Below, in pieces: positions 27,101 through 32,000 of a DNA stretch of 32,000 nt. Under the pieces are notes generated by a model. It was given only the letters and a program-made list of their open reading frames with translations, ran no database searches and was not told the origin of the DNA. How positions within the stretch are numbered: position 1 is the stretch's first letter; every line of letters starts with the position of its first letter. The stretch covers positions 720,001-752,000 of the forward strand of contig NC_014972.1 of NCBI RefSeq assembly GCF_000186885.1, written 5' to 3'. The position numbers were made by a program, and so were the translations under genes. Source of the stretch: Desulfobulbus propionicus DSM 2032. Its GTDB lineage: Bacteria > Desulfobacterota > Desulfobulbia > Desulfobulbales > Desulfobulbaceae.

Positions 27101-28221
27101 TCACGGAAAAAGGTCTGTCATGGAAGTGGGGGTACTGTGCGACGGGCGTGCTGGTTGTTTGTCTGTTTGTGCTGAGCGGTCAGGCAACGGGAAGTAACGA
27201 GCCCTTTGAGGTCCCTGATGCGTCCTTGCTTAAGACGGTACCGCTGGAGACCCAACAGGCGGCGGCGCCACGGATCGAGATCGAAGAGATGCGAAAATCC
27301 GTTGAAATGCCGGCCGTACCGTCGTTGCTGGAGCGTAGTCCGTTTGCAGCGACGCCTGACGAGGACCTCGCCGTGGTCGACAAACAGGGGGCATCGGGCG
27401 ATGCCCCGGCCGAGTCCGGCACCGCAACCCACTCCGCAGAGTGGCAGTTGCAGCAGAACCAAGCGGTGGTCCTGTTGGACGCGGCTTCCAAGCAGGCCAA
27501 GGGGATGACCGCCGAGCAGAAGCTGAAGGTGTTGAGCGGGTTGGCGGCAAAGGGCAACGCCGATGCCATGAATGGTTTGGGCTTGCTCTACTATCGCGGC
27601 CAAGGCGTTGACAAGGATTATGCCAAAGCTTTTGAATGGTTCTCAAAAGCGGCGCAACAGGGCCACGTAGAGGCAATGTTTGGCATGGGTAGCTGCTTTT
27701 ATCAGGGACACGGCGCGGGGCGGGATCCTGTCCAGGCGCTCAAATGGTTCAGTCTTGCCGGAGAAAAAGGACATGGCGACAGTGCCCGGAATGCAGGGGT
27801 GATGTGGGACAAGGGGCAGGGAGCGGCCAGAGATGAACAACAGGCACGCACCTGGTATCGGAAAGGGGCTCTTCTCGGTAATGTCGAGGCAATGGTCAAT
27901 CTCGCCGTAGGCTACCTTACGGGGAACGGTGGAGCCCAGGAGGATCGATTGGGTCGGGAATGGCTCGAGTGTGCGGCCGAACGTGGCAACAGGGCGGCCG
28001 CATACAACCTGGGCGTGTTGCTCGCCGAGGGAAGGGGCGTGGCCAAGGATGTTGATGCGGCCAGGCAATGGTGGGCGGTCGCCGGCCGTGACGGACACCA
28101 GCAAGCTGTTACCGCGCTCACCAAGACCGTCAAAGAGAAACAATCTCACTGGAAATCGCTGCCTCTTCCGTCGCCAATGGCTGCTTCCGGACAAGGGAAA
28201 ATTCGCCCTTTGCCAGAATAG
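27097..28221 (+). CDS. Exported Sel1-like repeat (SLR) protein
   Basis: N-terminal hydrophobic segment; about five tandem SLRs, e.g. GNADAMNGLGLLYYRGQGVDKDYAKAFEWFSKAAQQG, GHVEAMFGMGSCFYQGHGAGRDPVQALKWFSLAGEKG; 4-bp ATGA overlap with upstream gene. Confidence 0.88.
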   Translation: MITEKGLSWKWGYCATGVLVVCLFVLSGQATGSNEPFEVPDASLLKTVPLETQQAAAPRIEIEEMRKSVEMPAVPSLLERSPFAATPDEDLAVVDKQGASGDAPAESGTATHSAEWQLQQNQAVVLLDAASKQAKGMTAEQKLKVLSGLAAKGNADAMNGLGLLYYRGQGVDKDYAKAFEWFSKAAQQGHVEAMFGMGSCFYQGHGAGRDPVQALKWFSLAGEKGHGDSARNAGVMWDKGQGAARDEQQARTWYRKGALLGNVEAMVNLAVGYLTGNGGAQEDRLGREWLECAAERGNRAAAYNLGVLLAEGRGVAKDVDAARQWWAVAGRDGHQQAVTALTKTVKEKQSHWKSLPLPSPMAASGQGKIRPLPE

Positions 28222-28239
28222 GTAGCATCTTCATCATCC

Positions 28240-28268
28240 CGCCTCTTCCCTTGGGGAGGCGTTTTTTT
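28240..28268 (+). terminator. Rho-independent terminator 1
   Basis: CGCCTC-N10-GAGGCG stem followed by T7, 18 nt after the Sel1 gene stop. Confidence 0.75.
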
Positions 28269-28324
28269 CGCTGCCTGTACACTCTTGATCGAGCCATCGG
28301 TTGCAGGGGGTGCGTTCCATCGAC

Positions 28325-28361
28325 CGCCGGTCATCCCATGCGATGACCGGCGTTTTTTTTT
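28325..28361 (+). terminator. Rho-independent terminator 2
   Basis: Perfect 11-bp stem CGCCGGTCATC / GATGACCGGCG, 6-nt loop, followed by T9. Confidence 0.9.
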
Positions 28362-28533
28362 GCCGCACCAATATCCAAGGTCGGTGCCTCCCCGGTTGGC
28401 GACAGTGGAACGTCGCAAGGACATTTCCCTGCCGAGTCTTGTTGTGTAACTAATTAACATGGAATAAAAAATTAGTCATTTCCTCCTTTCCCGATTTTCG
28501 TTGGTCCTCGGCTTTTTCCGCCAATATTTTTTC

Positions 28534-28560
28534 TTGACTCCCGGGAGAGGTTCGTATACT
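28534..28560 (+). promoter_or_regulatory. Candidate promoter for mraZ/dcw cluster
   Basis: TTGACT (28534-28539) and TATACT (28555-28560), spacing 15 bp (short), immediately upstream of the MraZ-box-like repeats. Confidence 0.55.
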
Positions 28561-28569
28561 AATGAAGCA

Positions 28570-28609
28570 AAGGTGGTGAAAAGTGGTTTAAAGCGGTTGA
28601 AAATGGAAT
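28570..28609 (+). repeat. MraZ-box-like array: four direct repeats with 10-bp period
   Basis: AAGGTGGTGA / AAAGTGGTTT / AAAGCGGTTG / AAAATGGAAT, contiguous, between the candidate promoter and the mraZ start. Confidence 0.8.
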
Positions 28610-28649
28610 AATCGTGGAGCTTGGCCCCACGTGACGATCAAGGAGAGCG

Positions 28650-29102
28650 GTGCAACGATTTCGGAGTCATTCGGAACATAGCCTTGATCCGAAAGGGCGG
28701 TTGAACATTCCGACCCGGTTTCGTGACGTGCTGCGGGAGCAGTACAACTCCGAAATGTTGATCATCACCCACTGGCAGAATTGTTTGCGCGCCTATCCGG
28801 TGGCCGAGTGGGAGGCTCTCGAGGAAACGCTCCTGGCTCAGGGAAAAAATCAACCCGATTTCAGTAGGTTTGTTCGTTATCTGATTGCTGGAGTCAGTGA
28901 GTGCCCTTTGGATAAGCAAGGACGTATTCTTCTGCCGCCCGCCCTTCGCTCCGGCCTTGGGATTGAAAAGGACGTGGTGGTGGTCGGAATGTTGCAACAC
29001 TTTGAAATTTGGGACAAGAAGGCGTGGGAGGAGGAAACTCGCCATACCCGCGAGACCTTTGGCGATTTTAGCGCCGGCCTGTCCGCGTTGGGTATCTTGT
29101 AA
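28650..29102 (+). CDS. mraZ: Transcriptional regulator MraZ
   Basis: FRSHSEHSLDPKGRLNIPTRFRDVL...ECPLDKQGRILLPPALR; GTG start with AGGAG Shine-Dalgarno. Confidence 0.95.
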   Translation: MQRFRSHSEHSLDPKGRLNIPTRFRDVLREQYNSEMLIITHWQNCLRAYPVAEWEALEETLLAQGKNQPDFSRFVRYLIAGVSECPLDKQGRILLPPALRSGLGIEKDVVVVGMLQHFEIWDKKAWEEETRHTRETFGDFSAGLSALGIL

Positions 29103-29115
29103 GTCGCTGTTCCGC

Positions 29116-30072
29116 ATGTCGCAAGACCCCGCTGTTCTGCACGTTCCAGTCATGCTCGATGAAGTGCTCCATTGGCTTCAGCCGCGGCCCAATGCACTTT
29201 ATGTCGATGGCACGTTGGGGCTCGGTGGGCATGCACAGGCGATCCTGGAGCAGACAGCGCCAAGCGGGCGGGTGGTCGGCTTTGAGTGGGACGACGATGC
29301 CGCGCAAGCCGCCAGGCAACGATTGTCCGGTTATGGCGATCGATTGTCGATTGTTCACGGCTCGTATGGCGATTTGGTGCCCGAGCTGGCAAAGTTGGGC
29401 GTCGTTGAAATCGAAGGATTGCTGGTGGATTTGGGCGTGTCATCCTTGCAACTGGATCGGGCGGAACGAGGATTCAGCTTTCGGACCGACAGCGTGCTCG
29501 ATATGCGCATGGACCGGCGGTCGCCGCTCACCGCTGCCAGCTTGATCGCCCAGGCGAGCGAAGAGCAGTTGGCGGATATTTTTTACCATTACGGAGAAGA
29601 GCGTCAGGCCAGGCGGATTGCCCGATTTCTTGCCGAGGCGAGAGAAAAGGAGCCGGTGGCCACCACCGGAAGGCTGGCGGCAATTGTTGCCGAGGCGGTG
29701 CCCCGGAAATACCATCCAGCCAAGGTGCATGTGGCGACCAAGGTGTTTCAGGCCTTGCGGATTGCGGTCAACGGTGAGTTGAACAATCTCACCCGATTAT
29801 TGCAGACGGCTCCACAGGTCCTGGCTGAAGGGGCACGGGTATGTATCATTACCTTTCATTCGCTGGAAGATCGGATTGTCAAGCAGGCTTTTCAGAACAA
29901 TCCAGCCTATGAGGTCGTGACCAGGCGGCCGGTAGAGCCGTCTGCCGAGGAAATACGGCGCAATCCCAGAGCCAGAAGCGCCAAGCTTCGGGTGGCGAGA
30001 CGGGGTAAATCCGGCCGAGATGCGATGTGTAGCAGGGGATCGAAAGAGGTTCAAAAGGAGGACAGGACATGA
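29116..30072 (+). CDS. rsmH: 16S rRNA (cytosine(1402)-N(4))-methyltransferase RsmH (MraW)
   Basis: HVPVMLDEVLHWL...YVDGTLGLGGHAQAILEQ...LLVDLGVSSLQLDRAERGFSF...ITFHSLEDRIVKQAF. Start is internal to track ORF 28885..30072. Confidence 0.97.
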   Translation: MSQDPAVLHVPVMLDEVLHWLQPRPNALYVDGTLGLGGHAQAILEQTAPSGRVVGFEWDDDAAQAARQRLSGYGDRLSIVHGSYGDLVPELAKLGVVEIEGLLVDLGVSSLQLDRAERGFSFRTDSVLDMRMDRRSPLTAASLIAQASEEQLADIFYHYGEERQARRIARFLAEAREKEPVATTGRLAAIVAEAVPRKYHPAKVHVATKVFQALRIAVNGELNNLTRLLQTAPQVLAEGARVCIITFHSLEDRIVKQAFQNNPAYEVVTRRPVEPSAEEIRRNPRARSAKLRVARRGKSGRDAMCSRGSKEVQKEDRT

Positions 30073-30431
30073 CGCCAAACGTGAGTGTGCGCACCTACAG
30101 GCCTCGCCAGCAGGCTGCTCTGAGGGAAGATCGTCAGGTGAAATCTCGCTGGAGTGTTCCATTGTCGGGTGGGGTGCGGAAATATCTTGCTATCATGGTC
30201 ATTGCCGGGTTAGTGGCGGGGTTGGTCATTACCCAGTTCTTTTATGGGCAAATGATGGATATGCGAGTACAGGCGGAACAACTCCGAAGTGTAAACACTA
30301 AAATCTATAACGAAAATGTCCGATTGCTGGCCTTTCGAGCCCAGTTGGCCTCCAAGAAACAAATTGTTGCCTTGGCCGGAACGAAATTGAATCTGTTTGA
30401 GCCTGAAAAGGGACAGGTGCGTCGGATGTAG
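30069..30431 (+). CDS. ftsL: FtsL-like cell division protein
   Basis: Single TM (YLAIMVIAGLVAGLVITQFFYG) followed by a short coiled coil; position between rsmH and the ftsI-like gene; 4-bp overlap with rsmH. Confidence 0.7.
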   Translation: MTPNVSVRTYRPRQQAALREDRQVKSRWSVPLSGGVRKYLAIMVIAGLVAGLVITQFFYGQMMDMRVQAEQLRSVNTKIYNENVRLLAFRAQLASKKQIVALAGTKLNLFEPEKGQVRRM

Positions 30432-30438
30432 GCGGACG

Positions 30439-32000
30439 ATGGCGAAAACCCTGCGATCAAAGAAAAAAAGACGATGGCTCATCCCCTTTTTTGTTATTTT
30501 GCTGACAGCGGCTGGAATTGTTCTGTATAGATACCCCCCCTCCCTCCAGGATATCGGCAGGATTATACAGTCTGCTGTCGGCAAAATTTCATCTCTCTCA
30601 GCGGGCCAAACGCCCGCTGAACCTGTTTTAAGAGGAACGGTTTACGATCGAAAATTCAGGGAACTGGCGGTGTCGTACCGTCTGTTTTCGTTGATTGTCA
30701 ATCCGGTTGAGGTGGTTGATCGGCGTAAGGCCGCTGAAGCGCTGGCCCCCTTGGTCGGCGACAAGGTGGAGAATATCGAGCTTCGGCTGAAAACCGCGCA
30801 GTATTCCATGGTGCTGTCCGATGACCTCGATGCCCGCCAGGCCGAGCAGATCGCCGCCCTCCAATTGCGCGGCGTGACCTGCAAGGCCACGGAGGCCCGT
30901 TTTTATCCCGGGCATACCGCTGCCTCGCATGTGCTTGGATTCATGGGTGACGGTGTCGGTCTTGCGGGCGTGGAAGGGAAGTACGATACGGTGCTGCAGG
31001 CTGGTGGATTTCGGAAAAGCAACATACCGGACATCGATTTCCAGGGCGAGGAGAGCCTGGGGCAGAAGGAAACGGACATTGTGCTCACTCTGGACATCGA
31101 CCTCCAGAGGCAACTGGAAAACCGTTTCCGGGAACATCTTGCCGCGCAAGGGTCGGAAAAGGGCATGGGATTGCTGATCGACCCGAGCAGCGGACGTATC
31201 CTCGCGCTCGTGAATCAGCCCTCGTTCAACCCCAATTATTTCTGGAAGGCCAACGAGAGCAACCGGATCAACCGGATCTACAACCATGTGCTCGATAAGG
31301 AGCTGATCAGGCCTCTTCTCGCGCGGGCAGCGGCCATCGAGCGTGAAGGGCTGGATGGGCCGGGGATACTGCCGGCCACCGTGGCTGCGCCGGATTATGG
31401 GTTCACCCCGGAACAGCTCGATGCCTTTGAGCAACAAATCCAGCTGTATGGTTCGGTGTTCGGCAACTGGGAGTCCGGACCGGCAGCGCAGGAGCGGACC
31501 GGCGCGCAACCGGTGGTTACCGGTGTTCAAGTGGGAGTGACCCTGGCGAGCCTGGTCAACGGTGGTTGGCGAATTACGCCCTATGTGGTCGATTCCATCT
31601 ACGATCATGCGACGATGAAACGCTACTCCCGCAGTAACGAGGCCACGGAGAAGATCCATGTGCTCGACCCGGCGCTGGGGGTCAAGATTCGCCGGGAACT
31701 GTTTGCCAACTGGCTGTTGGAGCAGGAAAATCTGGTCGTGTTTACTGCGGATCATGTGCAAATCCAGCCGGACAAGGACCAATACAGCCGCTATTCCATG
31801 CAGGATCTGTTCGTCGGACTGGCGCCGGCCAAGCAGCCAAAGTTTCTTTTGTTGATGGCCGTCGAGCAGGATCACCTGCTGCCTGTGGCGCAGCGGAAAG
31901 ACAATGAAAATGGGGTGTTGGAACTCATGGGTAAGGAGCTGCTCGCGGCTTTGGCCAAGGTGCCGCCGCCAGATGCCTTGCCGGAAAAACCTCCGGAAAA
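30439..32000 (+). CDS. FtsI-like penicillin-binding protein homologue, partial at window edge, apparently lacking catalytic motifs
   Basis: Open frame from ATG 30439 to the window end (I translated it line by line, no stops): N-terminal TM, RGTVYDRKFRELAVSY, PBP dimer-like region ...FYPGHTAASHVLGFMGDGVGLAGVEGKYD..., LTLDIDLQRQLE, LLIDPSSGRILALVNQPSFNPNYF. Confidence 0.82.
   Translation, partial: MAKTLRSKKKRRWLIPFFVILLTAAGIVLYRYPPSLQDIGRIIQSAVGKISSLSAGQTPAEPVLRGTVYDRKFRELAVSYRLFSLIVNPVEVVDRRKAAEALAPLVGDKVENIELRLKTAQYSMVLSDDLDARQAEQIAALQLRGVTCKATEARFYPGHTAASHVLGFMGDGVGLAGVEGKYDTVLQAGGFRKSNIPDIDFQGEESLGQKETDIVLTLDIDLQRQLENRFREHLAAQGSEKGMGLLIDPSSGRILALVNQPSFNPNYFWKANESNRINRIYNHVLDKELIRPLLARAAAIEREGLDGPGILPATVAAPDYGFTPEQLDAFEQQIQLYGSVFGNWESGPAAQERTGAQPVVTGVQVGVTLASLVNGGWRITPYVVDSIYDHATMKRYSRSNEATEKIHVLDPALGVKIRRELFANWLLEQENLVVFTADHVQIQPDKDQYSRYSMQDLFVGLAPAKQPKFLLLMAVEQDHLLPVAQRKDNENGVLELMGKELLAALAKVPPPDALPEKPPE

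Noticed and set aside
12222-28221. Interpretation as an anti-phage defence island
   Set aside because: No nuclease, helicase, methyltransferase, nucleotidyltransferase or toxin motif was recognised in these products. The signal peptides, lipoboxes and FtsX-like ABC genes point to an envelope system instead.
28451-28478. ACTAATT-N14-AATTAGT inverted repeat upstream of mraZ
   Set aside because: Only 7 bp, AT-rich, long spacer and no T-tract. Could be an operator, but not distinguishable from chance here.
1-32000. CRISPR arrays, tRNA or rRNA genes, transposases or integrases
   Set aside because: None seen on reading. No regularly spaced repeats, no recognisable RNA genes, and no mobile-element proteins flanking the accessory locus.

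Overview
The window looks like a deltaproteobacterial (Desulfobulbaceae-like, inferred from protein style only) chromosome segment. Housekeeping genes flank a ~16 kb, ten-gene, all-plus-strand accessory locus. Left part: end of a TPR-like protein, gspE and gspF (convergent, overlapping), a DtxR-family regulator with a perfect inverted repeat upstream, recN, a PP-loop ATPase, a CCA/poly(A)-polymerase-family nucleotidyltransferase, rlmE, a yebC family gene and ruvCAB. Right part: mraZ preceded by four 10-bp-phased MraZ-box-like repeats, rsmH, an FtsL-like protein, and an FtsI-like penicillin-binding protein whose catalytic motifs appear to be lost. The accessory locus (12222-28221) encodes an exported SUMF1/FGE-like protein, two coiled-coil lipoproteins, an S41 protease, an exported VWA protein resembling the C-terminal region of the T6SS kinase PpkA, a LolD-like ABC ATPase, an FtsX/LolE-like permease, two large proteins of unknown function and a Sel1-repeat protein. 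The parts resemble the periplasmic/envelope half of the T6SS threonine-phosphorylation pathway (TagR, TagS, TagT, lipoprotein, PpkA VWA region). No kinase, phosphatase, FHA or T6SS structural gene is present in the window. This is my best candidate for an undescribed system. All family assignments are by motif reading only and no database search was run.
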